From positions 34,433,216-34,497,215 of the forward strand of contig NC_086385.1 of NCBI RefSeq assembly GCF_036588685.1: DNA of 64,000 nt. Direction: 5' to 3'. The notes under the pieces are model-generated. The model was not told the DNA's origin, did no database searches, and was given only the letters and a program-made list of their open reading frames with translations. Origin of the DNA: Mytilus trossulus (lineage: Eukaryota). The first letter of the stretch is position 1; every line of letters starts with the position of its first letter. Positions 38,119-52,200 of this stretch are shown one piece after another. Position numbers and translations under genes: made by a program.

Positions 38119-41100
38119 ATGTCTTGTCAACAGCCATCAACGGCCGTAGTTGTGTACGATGAGAGCAAATTGTCCCCATTGGTCAAGACGTCCAGGACTT
38201 TCAATTTTGTAAATACAGAACTTGTGATCAAACAAGATTGGGGAAATTTAGGAGTTGCAGCAGTTGTATGGGATGCTGTAAGCTATTCAAATGATATTTA
38301 GTTTTATATTTTTGATTTTTCAGACAGAATAATACATTTATTATGAAACAAGCGTTACCTATGATGATCAGTCAAGGATAAAACTCTTAGTATAGTATAG
38401 TCCAAATAATTATTCATGACTCTTGAAAGGCTATCATATTTTTTTTCTTTGACGCCTTACGTCAAAGTAAGGCGTTAAAGAAAAAAATATAATAGCCTTT
38501 CAGGACGTCATAATTATTTGGACTAATAAAATTGAGAATGGAAATGGGGAATGTGTCAAAGAGACAACAACCCGACCAAAATAAAAAAACACAACAGCAG
38601 AAGGTCACCAACAGGTCTTCAATGTAGCGAGAAATTCCCGCACCCGGAGGCGTTTATAGTATATATAGTATAGACTTACTATAGAGAAAAATAACATACA
38701 TGTATGTGTTACAATTTTGTTGACTAAAAACATGACAAATGTGATTAAATAAAAATCAAAAAGATCTTTGATCTCATTCAGGGTTTTGTGCCAATGCTGT
38801 TTTCTGCAGTGACCAAATCATTAAATTACAATGGGCACAGAACCTCAAAAAGGTTTCTCTCATTATATTGCTCATTGACAAACACCATAAAAAAATGCTC
38901 CAAACTCATAATCCTAAGCATGCTAACAAGGAAGATGAAGGTCTTAAACATATATATGTTATAGACATATATATAATTTGCTAAATAATCTCTGTTATAA
39001 TTTATTCTAGATCTGTCTCTGAATATTAAACATGTTAAGGCTTAAATTAAAATATTGTTTGTTTGCAGTTTACCGACCGACCCTTGAAAATCCTCCCGAC
39101 TGTGAAAATTTTATTGCTTTAAATTTGAAGAATTTTTTTTTAATACCTCTATTGACGAGATCCGGAAGTTTGGGTCCTTTCCGGAAATGATTTAAAGTCT
39201 GGGTCAATTACGCATTTCAAGTTCAGTTTTTCTTAGCTTCCCGTCAAGCGTTCATGTGACCATTTCATGATAAAGCACATGGAAATTGTTTACAGGTATC
39301 CATGAAGTCACGGAGGAGTACTTTACGCTGTCGTCTCGTGTCAATTTTAAGACAAATAACAAACAAAAAAGTTTATTAGTAAGCTGTTTATACAGATCTA
39401 GGCACATGTAATGATGTGTTATGATATCATTGACGATGATGCAGCGGATATTCATAACTGACATGATAACCATTCTGTCTCAAACAAATCGGGTTCAGAA
39501 TCTGTGGAGCCTGACTTTATGGAACCAATTTCAGTGGTTAAATAATTCGACAGCAGCTTGAAGTAACTGAAGTATGGCATATTTTCTACAAATCGTTTGA
39601 AGACGACAAAGATGAAACCACTCCTCAGTGACTTAAATCTTCATGGATATCTGTAAACACGCCTGTACGGAGGAAGGGCTCATTTGAAATGTTAATGGAT
39701 ATAGATCATGCCAAATCAATAAGAAGCAACCCTAACTACACAAAATTGTGAAGAAAATGAATGGTTAGCTTGAAAAATAAATATACTCTATATTAAATCT
39801 ATCTTCGATTGCAATGAGTATGCTCCTTTAGGATAAGGGGGCTGCCCCACTCATTGCAATTATTCTCTTTCTTACAATATTAAATATACCCAAACTGTGT
39901 GGCCTGTGTGAATTCAATTAAAACATGTCCTTCGGAGCTATGCTGCCAATTTTTTTTATGCATTAAAAACATTTCAGTACAGACCATTTACTTTTAATGG
40001 GGTGCTATGGATTTCACCCCAAACTTTATAGATTTCTTTGGTTTTCATTGAAGCCTGGCAAAAATATAACCTTATCACATATAATTAAATATTTTTTGAA
40101 ATATGAAAACAGTCAAATGTCTTAATACTTTTTTTTCAAGTTGCCTTTTTTCAATGGAGAAAGATTCAATGGTTATTTTTTTTTTTTATTAAAAATACTC
40201 TTTAATAATAATTAATTGTCATAAATAAATCTATAATATATACATTTTTCTGATGAAAATACTCTACTCATGAAAACATTCTAGTCAAGAAGCATACATG
40301 TCTGAATATATTTCTTTAAAACAGTTCTAGTCATAATGACATTCCTTGTTTATAAGTGTTCCAGTATTTAATAATTATGCCATATTTTATGTCATAAATT
40401 GGATAATGACACTATGTTAAAGTTTCAGTTTTGGTTAAAAAGTTTTTTTATCTGAAAATGCCTGTTCATTTGATGTTGGTTTTCAGCATGTCCAGTGTTT
40501 GTTGTTTTAAAATGGTTTTTTTTCTTCACAAGAAACTTGGTTTAGTGTAACTGCTTGTTTAAACTGTATTTTGGCTGATAAAATAAAATATTTTTCCTAC
40601 CTACCGACCCTTCAGTCTGAAGGTACAGTCGGAAAACTGCAAACAAACATATTTTTAAGGTTGGCCTAAACCTTCCCCTTTTAAATTATAACAATTTTTT
40701 TTTATCAAGTAAGATATGAAATTCAACTTTTAGATATTTGACGCTGCTTTTTCAAACAGTATATTTGGAACAATGTAGTATAAGAAACATTTTAATATAC
40801 AAGATTGCTATTTTCTAATTAAAAAGTTTCAATTCAAAAGAACTTAATCCAAAATTGAGGTGTCATAATTTTGAGTTTAATCAAGTTGCCTAATTGAATG
40901 AACGTTAATATGATTACCCAAGCTAATTAACACAGAACACAAAGGGGACTTATAAATATTTCAATCTGACAGTACAAATATCATTTTAATAAGTTTTGCA
41001 ATAAATCATAAAATTTTCTTATATTTAAAAAAAATAAAACACTAAATATCCAGCAATGAAAATCTAGACTTATGAAACACTAACTGTTTAAAACTTTATA

Positions 41101-44100
41101 CATTAAGAATCTCTACTGATAAAAATATTTGCATTTTAAAACAGTTTTTCACCAGTTAATTTAATTCTAAATAGATATATATCAGTGTATATGGAAGATA
41201 GACAACAAAAATCATTTTCTATGAAAAAAGCAAGCTTTCCTAACAATTTTCAAAAATAATAGTTTTAAATGAAAATGAATCAAAATATTATCAATAGTTC
41301 TTAGACAGTTTGAAAAACACATCAGTGTAACAAAATTGTCTAAAAGAAAGAAAAAATATTTACTAAAGGCTTTAAGGAGCCTGTGTTGCTCACCTAGGTT
41401 AAATAGATCTATGTGCATCTTCAACAATAGAAACTCTCCAGCAAATTTCCTTTTACATGTAGATTAACAGAGGTCAGAGTGGTCTTTGAAACTGATAAGG
41501 TGTGTCCTTAAATGTGGTCAGACTAAAGCCAGGCTAGAGTCTTTCGCCATGGTTCAATTTGATGTTCACACAATGGACACATGTCAGTTGTTGTTCACAA
41601 GACCTAAATAAGTCAGAATTTTTTAAATTGATGAAAATTGTTTGACATTTGGTAGTTTTGCAGATAATTAATTTGGTTCAACTTTTCTTAGGTCCCAGTT
41701 GTCCTAATTCATGGAATTACATGCATTATTTTGAAAGCCACACTTGATCTTATATTTAACAATACATACATGTATCTAATTTAATTTTAAATTTAAAAAG
41801 AGTTGAATTTTTAAAAAAGAAGCAAAATTGGACTACCTAGGGGGAGCATGTTTTTGGGACAAATGAACCCATAACTATTTTGACTGATAATAAAAAAAAT
41901 CAGATTAAGTTTTTAAAAAATATGTCAGTAATAAAAATTCAATGATTAGCAAATAGGCTATTTTTGTTACTTTTGTTACAGTTGTGTAAAATTGTTTGTA
42001 TCATGGCCAAACCCAATTTAAACATGATATTATAAATATGAAAAAAAACCTGTTAACAGTCACACTAGTCACTACCAATTTATTGGAAAGATACATACTT
42101 TTACTCTGTCATGCTTAGCAAATCAAAAATATGCATGCATACAAGCAGGTCTGAAGTCAGGAACCTGTTATTCAGTGGTTGTCTTTTGTTGCAAGCAGCT
42201 TCCCCTCCCCCATTATATTGTACATAACTTAGGTCATAATACAGTGACCTATGGTTGTGAATTTCTGTTTCATTTGGTCTTTTATAGAGAGTGTTGTCTC
42301 ATTGGAAATCATATATATATATAGTATGTCTGATTCATACCACATTTACTCAAAAGATTTAAAGTTTAATTTTAAACTAAAGCTAGTATATATGCATCAT
42401 GTGCATGTATCTTGTTAAATATTGGAACATTGAAAAAATCTAAGAAAAGAGTTAAACATTGCTTTTATTTCTTTGCAGGCAATAGTTCTTTGTGAGTTCA
42501 TAGAAAAGCATAAAGAAGAATTCAAAAACAAAGAAGTTATAGAGCTTGGAGCAGGATCAGGAATTGTTGGCATTGTAACAGCATTGATTGGTAAGAATTC
42601 ATATGTTTAACCAGAGGCATATAGGGGTGAGGTGGGCATAGGCGGATCCAGGGGGGCCTGGTACTGGTGGATCCTCCACTAGTGGGCACAGGGTTTAGTT
42701 TCTTTTGTTGAATAATTACATTAGATATGTTTCATTATAAAACTTTATTCTGATTGGCCAACTGCCTAACACATGTTATTCCGTAAGCAATTGCATCACT
42801 CAATAAAACTTTTCATTCATGATAACACATGGTCCCACAATAAAGTGCACAGGTGAAGAAAATAAAAAATTATAAAATTTGTGTTTTCATGATCATAGCT
42901 AAACAATGTAATTATAAGTATTGAATGCTTCTTTTTGTAACTTCATAGGGTTGTAAAAGCGTTGACCGTGCACATACAAAATGTACTTCGATCAACGCTT
43001 TTACACCCCAATGAATTTCATGAATTTACAAAAAGAAGCATTCAATTCTTAAATAAATGAGATGAAGCATTGAAAGATATGAGTTAATCTGAGAAAAGCT
43101 GTTTAAGGAATGTTTTTATATCCCAAAACATGCAAAATTTAGGGATTGTATTATGTAAATAAAATATTACTTGTACAAATAAATTTTGTGAGAAAATAGG
43201 GGGGGGGGGGAGATTATTCAAACCTTATAAGAAAATATACGAATACAACATTTACTTGTATATTAAAGTATATTATTCTAGAAATTACAAATAATTTGTA
43301 CAAGTACTACCCCTGACTGACTTGAGCCATTTAAAATGTGGTATGAAATAAATGTATATCCACCTGTAACAAAAGGAAGGGGATGTAAACAAAACAGGTC
43401 CCTTAATCTCTTTTCAGACCCATAATATGACTTCATTGTTTTTACATTCTTGATGAATCTGGAAAGTCATAATTCTGTTCTTTTCAAGTTTTGTATCTAT
43501 GAGGATGGTAAAGGGTTATTTTCGTGCAACATGTTTTGCCATTTTTATTTCATGTGCATTCATGAAAAAGATTCATTGTTCACTGTGTTTCGTGAAATCG
43601 GTAAAAAGATCAACATGCAAGACTTTTTTAATTGTTCATTTATCTTACCTATACCCTTTACTCCCCTCATCTATTGTTAATGTCAGTGGAGCAAGTGCTA
43701 TACAAAGAAGTTGTTCAATATTAACTACAATCATGACAATGTAAATAATACACACATTGCTTTAATTTCAGGAGCTAATGTTGTTATCACAGACAGGGAA
43801 CAAGTCTACCGCTACCTAAAACATGTTGTAAAGGATAATCTTAAAGACAAAGAAAATGTCAAATATTCAGTAAAAATCTTAGACTGGACGAGAGACCTTC
43901 ATAAATTTCCACAGAAGTACGATATAATTCTAGGAGCTGATGTCATCTATGTGGAGGAAGTGTTTGATGCTTTGTTAGCAACACTACAACATCTCAGCCA
44001 TGATGAGACGAAAATATATTTGTCATGTAAATTACGATATGATCGTGACACAAGATTTTTAGATATGGTTCAGAAACACTTTTCGTTAAAAGAAGTTCTG

Positions 44101-44160
44101 CATGACAAGGATAAAGATATTAAAATTTTCCTATGTAAAAAAATTAAAGTATTGAGCTAA
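38119..44160 (+). CDS. METTL21A: Protein N-lysine methyltransferase METTL21A-like, 219 aa
   Basis: Exons 38119-38277, 42479-42590 and 43772-44160 (660 nt). Motifs IKQDWGNLGVAAVVWDAAIVLC, VIELGAGSGIVGI, VVITD, DIILGADVIY and CKLRYDRD. Family 16 methyltransferase, closest to METTL21A as remembered. Confidence 0.9.
38528..38652 (+). repeat. Interspersed repeat (AAAATTGAGAATGGAAATGGGGAATGTGTCAAAGAGACAACAACCCGACC family)
   Basis: Related copies at about 16975-17090, 20150-20230, 27243-27385 and 47925-48045. Confidence 0.75.
39039..40666. mobile_element. ~1.6 kb non-autonomous DNA transposon (Kolobok-like) in METTL21A intron 1
   Basis: Imperfect ~40 bp TIRs GGCTTAAATTAAAATATTGTTTGTTTGCAGTTTACCGAC / GTCGGAAAACTGCAAACAAACATATTTTTAAGGTTGGCC, with TTAA on the left and TAAA on the right. 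Confidence 0.7.
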
Positions 44161-44631
44161 ATGTCATAAATGTGTTATAATATAGATATAAGAAGATGTG
44201 GTATGAGTGCCAATGAGACAACTCTCCATACAAGTCATAATTTATAAAAAAAACATTTATAGGTCAAATTTTGGTCTTGAACATCATGAACACTTTATTA
44301 ATTACAACTTGCTATTCACATACTGATGATAAAACGAACATTCAAGGTCATGAATCATGATAATACGCACATATCATGCATATTACTGTTTTACTTGATG
44401 TACTTTTGAATGAAATTTGATTAAAGTTAAAGTAAAAATGTTCTAGAAGATTGCTGATGAGCATATTTAATGAGCATTGGCTATTCTGTAAGATAATAGC
44501 TGCATGATTTACTAATTTTCCATCATGAATAATAAATGTGTGGTACACTTATTAATAAGACAGAATTCTGCACAATTGAAAATAACACAAAATGGCTTTC
44601 AGAGGTCTGAAGGTTTTTCCGTATTTTATGC

Positions 44632-45542
44632 AACTAGATACCATTGAGATGGGAGCCATCTCTGTGGGCCCCGCAGTCAATAACGTGGGGTAAATAAGTT
44701 GTATGGATAATCTGATATGAAGCATTATTTGAAGTTATTACATAGTCTCAGGTATAAAGTATGAAATAATAACAGCTGTCCTCTCAAAATATTGTGTGGA
44801 TCAAATTTGTGAGCGATGGACAGACCAACAGACAGACAGACCTTTGACCTAGGAAGTTGTGCATACACCATGGCACACCCTCTAGTGTCTGTTAAAATGG
44901 ATGTCAAGTATAATATTTGAAATCATAACGGTTCTCAAGATATAGAGCGGACACGATCTTCACCACAGGACACGGGGTTGTCAACTGAAACCAAAGTTTT
45001 TTTTACCTTGACCTTTGACCTAGGAAGTTGTACATACATCATGACACGCCCTCTGGTGGTGGTTAAAATGGATGTCAAGTATTAACTATGAAATCATAAC
45101 GGTTATCTAGATATGGAGCGGACACGATCTTCACCACAGGACAGGTGGTTGTCAACTGAAACCAAAGTTTTTGACCTTGACCTTTGACCTAGGAAGTTGT
45201 ACAAACATCATGGCACACCCTCTGGTGTTGGTTAAAATGGATGTCAAGTATAAACTTTGAAATCATAACGGTTCTCAAGATATAGAGCGGACACGATCTT
45301 CACCACAGGACACAGGGTTGTCAGCTGAAACCAAAGTTTTTTTACCTTTACCATGTTTACCTTTGACCTAGGAAGTTGTACATACATCATGACACGCCCT
45401 CTGGTGGTGGTTAATAAACATGTAAAGTATAAAGTATGAAATCATAATGGTTCTCTAGATATGGAGCGGACACAAAGTTAAAGTGTTACGGACAGACAGA
45501 CTGATCACTATAGGGCGACCCGCCTAAAGGCGGGGCCCTAAT
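44632..45542 (+). mobile_element. Helentron-associated element with a ~170 bp tandem array, between the METTL21A and JMJD4 3' ends
   Basis: GACCTAGGAAGTTGT at about 44847, 45017, 45186 and 45366; (GACA)n microsatellite; 3' hairpin TAGGGCGACCCGCC-TAAA-GGCGGGGCCCTA at 45511-45540. Confidence 0.8.
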
Positions 45543-46290
45543 TAAAGTTAATGCTTGCCAATTCTTATCTGAGTACAAAAGGGCATTAAAGTTCTTATAA
45601 AGTACATGTAATCAAAAAGACAAAATAAAAATGAAGATATATCTACCTATAATTCATACCTTTGAAGCCTTCTTCACAGGTTACATGTGTTTGTATTTTC
45701 CATCTGTTCGGATAATAATTTTGAGTCTGGTACTTTCTTTTGTAGCTCTAATATGCATTGACGGGTTGTTTAAATGCACAGCACTCTTTTTCAAATTGTT
45801 TGTTAATATAAGATAAGGATCTACAACTTAAATATCTATAAATGCATTTTGTGCTCTATCATATTGAGGTGTCCTTTACTTGAATTCAAATAAGCCACTG
45901 GTAATTTACACTGCATTGTATCTGTTTTCATCATTTCACTCATTTAATGTCTTCATGTGTATAACACACAATTTATAAAATTGAAAATAGAATGTGCATA
46001 AAACACAGTTTATGCAATCTAGAGAAGAAATCGCCTTATATAATGTTTATTTCCAGCTGAATCACAAAAAACAAACAGACCTTAAATAAAGATGAGACCT
46101 GTGGAAAAGCACTATTTATGTTGTAAGTCAACAAAACTCTCAAGTTTCATTTCCAACATGTTCAATTGGGAAGTTCTACAGAAAAATTAAACTTCCATGT
46201 AAAGGAGACAAATATAACATTTCACAAAACAATTAGGATTAAATTCTCTGGTGGACAGTCAAATGCTATATTTGCAGGATAGACTGAGAA

Positions 46291-49200
46291 TTACATGTCA
46301 AGGTCAGAATATTCTATAGATTGGTTAATAGTGCTTAATAATTCCTCTATCTGCATTATATGTTGACCATTAACCTCCTTGTTATAATTTGCAAACTCCT
46401 CATTTTTCAACATATCTTCTAAAATATATTTAACTCTATGAATATCAAACAGAATACAGTCCTTATTCAACCAATGAGTTGTTGTTAATGTTTGAGTTAT
46501 GTCCCCTTTGATTGACAATCTGGTATCCATATGACTGGTTTCAAGTTCATTTTCTACTGAATCAGTTGATTTAGTCTGTTGTTTTAATATTTCAATCCTT
46601 GGTAGAATAATTGTTTTCATGAAATCAAAGAATTCTGGATAGTTTATTCCTTTGTCAGCTTTCAACATTATCTGTAAAATAAATATTTCATATTTAAAAA
46701 GATACATCTGTCAGCCATCCTCAGTAAGAGATGAACTATAAATTCAGATTTTATTGTGAGGATTTCATTGATGCAAATAATGCAACTGAATGACCATAGC
46801 AATAATAAGCACTCACATTCTGAAATCTGAGACATATATATCACTATGCAGCATTTTTTCCTAAAATCAAATTATTAATCTCGCATTTATGCCACTTTGA
46901 CAAAAATTTCAATGATAAATGCATGCAATACAGTAGTTGTCGTTTGTTTATGTACCGGTAATATATACATAATTCTCGTTTTGTTTATATAGATTAGATT
47001 TTTCCGTTGGTTTTCCCTTTTGAATGGTTTTACACTAGTAATTTTGGGGCCCTTTATAGCTTGTTGTTAGGTGTGAGCCAAGGCTCCGTGTTGAAGGCCG
47101 TACTTTAACCTATAATGGTTTACTTTTTAGATTGTTATTTGGATGGAGAGTTGTCTCATTGGCACTCACACCATATCTTCCTATATCTAATAATTACGTA
47201 TTTACAGTATTGTAAAATAAATACTTTGAAAAAATATGTGGTTTAATACTTAAATTACCTAATATTGAAAGAACAAATTATGTTGTTTGTGAATTAAAGC
47301 TTATTCATAAAACAAAACATAATAAAGACACCCAGACTTTTGATATAATCATACAAATACTATTGTATTGAACCTACCAAAATATTATACTTAAAATGGC
47401 TTAAAATAATTCAAATCAGAGTTGTTTTTAGTAAAGTTTTTTCTGCTTGAAGGGATTTAATCTGATTTGAATCTTGTTAATATGTACTTAAAAATATACA
47501 TGAAATATGCAGATAGACAATATTTGTTTATTGTAGGAACCGATAAAATATATTTGTATGAGATTTAGAAACAGTATGAAAGATGTGGCTCCCTGTTTCA
47601 TAGCATGTACAAATACATTTTTTATTTTCTTACAAACATTGTTTTCATCCTGCACTTTAACATTTATGCTCTGAACCACCTATGGACTTTTATAATTAAA
47701 AATCAACATGACTTAAAGAGGAGACTGCTATGAGGACCCCAAATTGAACTGTGATGTAGTCAGTAATTTAACAAGTTACTCACAACAAAAGTGGGATACC
47801 AGGAGACTATAAACATTCATACTATATGTTTATCACTTTATGTTGCCTGTCAACCTGTACTTTTTTTTAGTAGAAAAGCCAATTACAGGATAAATATGCA
47901 TTTACATCTTAGTACATGTATATAAAATTGAGAATTGAAATGGGGAATGTATCAAGGAGACAACAACCCTAGAAAGAGCAGAAAACAGCCCAAGGCTCCC
48001 AATGCCAGGATCTTCAACACAGCAAGAAAATCCTGCTCCTGGAGGTAGAGACTCAGTCTGAAACCATGGTACTACCTGACAATGCTGGTACCAGTCTCCA
48101 TCTACCATTTTAGCCTCTTTCACATCTTGTATTTCCTGTTCTACGTCTATAAGTCCCTGTTTTAGGTAGTTCCAACTTATATCAACATTACAACCGTTCA
48201 ACCAGTTATGATTTATAGATATAGTATCCTCCTGGAAATAAATAAAACCAAAATCTGTGTCATTTAGAAAATTTATTTAGGTAGATGAACAGTTTAACTT
48301 ATTTCCTATTTCAATGTTGCATCATCTTAATTTTGAAAATTCTTATATCGATTCATCTTTATTTGTGGGTACCATTTTTCTTGGATTAAGGTTTTTGTGG
48401 ATGTTTGTGTTCTTCAAAAGTCTGCATTCAAGGCTATAGAAAATTTAAGCCCAAACAAAATAATTTTATGGTTTTCATTTACACAAGATATCCATGAAAA
48501 TTGGTATCCTAGCAATAATAATAAATCCACAGTACTTTTCTTCCTTTTTTATGTAATGCTATTGATGGAGCTTTTATTTCACAATGTTATCTGATTTTCA
48601 TCGACTTGTGATGTGTCTTTCTCTAATTAATGCTCTCTGTATTGTACTATCAGTGTTCATAAAACGTGTACTTTAGTTCAGGGCTTCAGGCATAGTCTTT
48701 TTTCTAATTTCTGATTTCATTTTACACACAAGATAGAAATCTATGCAGTGCTTGGATCAATATTAGGTCAAAATTTTATAAAAATGAAAAGATTTTTTTT
48801 TTAATTTAGAACCACCTTAAAACATTCCATATGCTTAACTTGCCTGTATGGTATGCATGTCAACTGATCACGTATTCAACATCCAAATGAAAACAAAAAT
48901 TCCAGTGAATTCATTTAATTTATGTCTGTAGACATATTTTTTGTAGATTTAGAAAAACTAGAATATTTATAGATACCGGTACATGTATTTAAATGTTTGC
49001 CTTTGCCACAGTTTGCATACAAGTCAATACAAAAAGTGTTCTTGGTTGAACAATAAACATCATCAGTCTGCGCCAAAAAAAAATTCATCTACTAGTCTAC
49101 TAAATATCAAAACTTGTCCCTATATGACTATATAAAATTTTGAAAATTTTCACTAGTCAGAATCAACATTTACTAGTCTGGGGCATCAGACTAGTAGCTA

Positions 49201-52200
49201 TCAGTGCAGACTGAATCATGGTTTAAAAAATTCCACGAGATCTACGAAAATTGGAATCTAAGGAATAATACATTGTAATAATGCATTCAAAGTTGTCAGA
49301 ATTTTTGAAACACATCATAAGTTATCAATGAGATGCATCAAATAAAGAGAAAAGCTGTAATGACCAAGCTATTTTTTTTTTATTTGTATTTATAGTATAA
49401 ATAATTTGTATAGCAACACCAGAAAATAAAAATTAACTTACAAGATTGAAAACTTGATGGTGCCAACCACTTGGCACAAATATTACCTCCCCTGGTAACT
49501 GTGTCACTTCTATTCTGTTTTTGAGTTCAGTAAATTTGGGGTATTTCTTAGCATTCTTCAAATCCTCAGAATTAACATCAAAAACTAGTTGTCCATGAAC
49601 ATCTTTCAAACATTCTTCTTCACCTGGAATTTTATCAATAGAAAAGCAAAGACATAGAATCGGTATATTCGGTCGGACCCACAATTGTCATGATCCCTTG
49701 ATTTTTGTTGAATATAGTCCCTAGTGTTGACAGTAGTTTACTTGCCAATGTTTTTTTATCCCGCTTCCAAATTTATTTCTCCATGTTTTATGCCTCAAAT
49801 TGCAAGTTGGAGGGGAAATTCACTGTAAAAAATGTAAAAAAATTTGGGTCCAGAATTTAAAGGAAAATAGTGATTTGTTCCAGCTGAAAAAGGTTAAAAA
49901 TTAGCACTTTGGAAGCTGTCAAAAGATTTCAAGACGCCCTTAACATAAAATTGTCCATATTTTGAGTTAGAGCCGATGAAGTTTTCTATAATTTTAATAT
50001 AATTTGTCCCAAAAGTAGTAAAACACACTGTAAAAATTTCATTGAGAAAGCACAAATGGGAATTTTTTAAATTTTAATATATGTTCTAAAAGAAATGCAC
50101 TACGAAATAATTGTGGTCTCTGACCATATGCATTAGGTAAATGAATAGTTCTTCTACTGCTGTTCTTAATATCAGAGTAACTTCACCATTTTGGTTTGAA
50201 TCTGAACAAAGGACATTGATTTTAAACTTGACTTGGAACAACTGTGTAATTTATATAGTCCAGGACTTTAATGAAAGAAAATAATCTGATGTTTTTGTAA
50301 TTCCATTTTTCTGTACAAAGGGAGATAATTCTTGCAATATTATTCCTAAATATTTCTTTGTGCTACATGACATACTTAAAAGATAAATCAGTGTAGTGTA
50401 GTAACTTCTGTTTCTAATTCTTTGACTGAATAAGTTTACATGTCAGAACTATTGCAAACAATGTCCTATATTGAAAATTTACTGCAGTTATGATATTTTT
50501 AAACATGCTTAATCTTTATTTATATATTGTTTACAAATAACTGAAATGATGATTATGTTGTACATTTTGTCTTTCATCAAAGTTATAGATAAAACAAGAA
50601 TGTGTCCCCAGTACACGGATGCCCCACTCGCACTATCAATTTCTATGTTCAGTGGACTGTGAAATTGGGGTCAGAACTCTAATTTGACATTTAAATTAGA
50701 AAGATCATATCATAAGGAACATATATACTAAGTTTCAGGTTGATTGGACTTCAACTTCATCAAAAACTACCTCGACCAAAATCTTTAACCTGAAACTGGA
50801 CAGACGAATGAACGGACAACAGACCCACAGACCAGAAAACATAATGCCCCTCTACTATTGTAGGTGGGGCATAACAAGAAGTATAAAAACAACAGTATAT
50901 ATACTATGTTTAGCAACGCATAACTCACAACCTAGAATTATGTCACCATATGTTGACAAAACATACTTGACATATATGTAGATCATTGTTAAAATAATCA
51001 TTTTGCAGTAATTTGCAAATGTTTAGGACGTAATTGTTGTTGTCTTTAATTTCATGTTATTTCCTTTATTTTAAATGAAATAGTTAAATTTAATATGTTT
51101 GCATTTTTAAACTAAGAAAATGTAAGATGGAACTAGCATGTGGTCATCATTCTTAAAAAAACACTACCTGGAGGGAAAAAGATCCACTTCTTCTTTCCAC
51201 AGACATTAGCGGACCAACTGAAAGACCTGAACACATCAGCATGAAATGGTGTCCTGCAAGATAAAATATAAACATATCATAGGCATGGAAATATTAATGC
51301 AAATAATTTCAATAATGACAATAAAATAAAATTCAGAAAGGTAATGGGGAATAACTTGTAATTTTCTGATTTCCTGCTTTATAATAAAAGTCCTAGTGTT
51401 GAACTTTTTGATTCCTGGTTCTTTTAATAACATACCTTTAGATGCTTATTTTTGTTCCTACTGAACAATGTTTTTACTACAACTAGTTGTGTTTATTTCC
51501 TAAATATAGTAACACAGCTTTATTTTGTGCAATGTCAATTGCATCATAAAAAACTTTCTCCACAATCAAGGGTTCATCGTGGATTTAAAATAAGCTTGTC
51601 ATTTGTGTTACGATTTAAAAAGCTATTAATGTATAATTTAAGTTGCAGTATAAAAGCTATATAACTATAAGGTCAGTGTCATAAAGATATAAACTTTTTT
51701 ATATTGAGAGTAAAACTGTTTCTTAAGCCACATTTAAAAAAGTTTATATTTTTATGACATTGACCTAATATTCTATTTGTATGTTCTACAGATAATCAAT
51801 TTCAAGTCCATGAATTTAATAATATAATTATTTTACTGGCAATTTATCATTCCACATTTCAATATGATATTCATTATTTATGAGCAAGTTTTTCCATTGA
51901 TTAAAATATCTATCTCTGCATATTTCTAATTATTAAATAATCTAATTCATGAAATATTTTCTATACCATGTATACAGAGATGGCCATCGAGTAATTAAAT
52001 GACATAAACTGATATATTTGTATAAAATTTTACCAAGAACCTTTAGGTCCCATGTAAACAAATCTGTAATCATCACAAATCTCATTTCTCTTGTCCCAGT
52101 ATTCATTCATCCAATCTGAGGTAAAATATTCTGGAGTTTCATAGGCTTTGTAGTCTGGAAACTCTCTAAAAAAGATAAAAATCGGTGCTGGAAAACTTTC

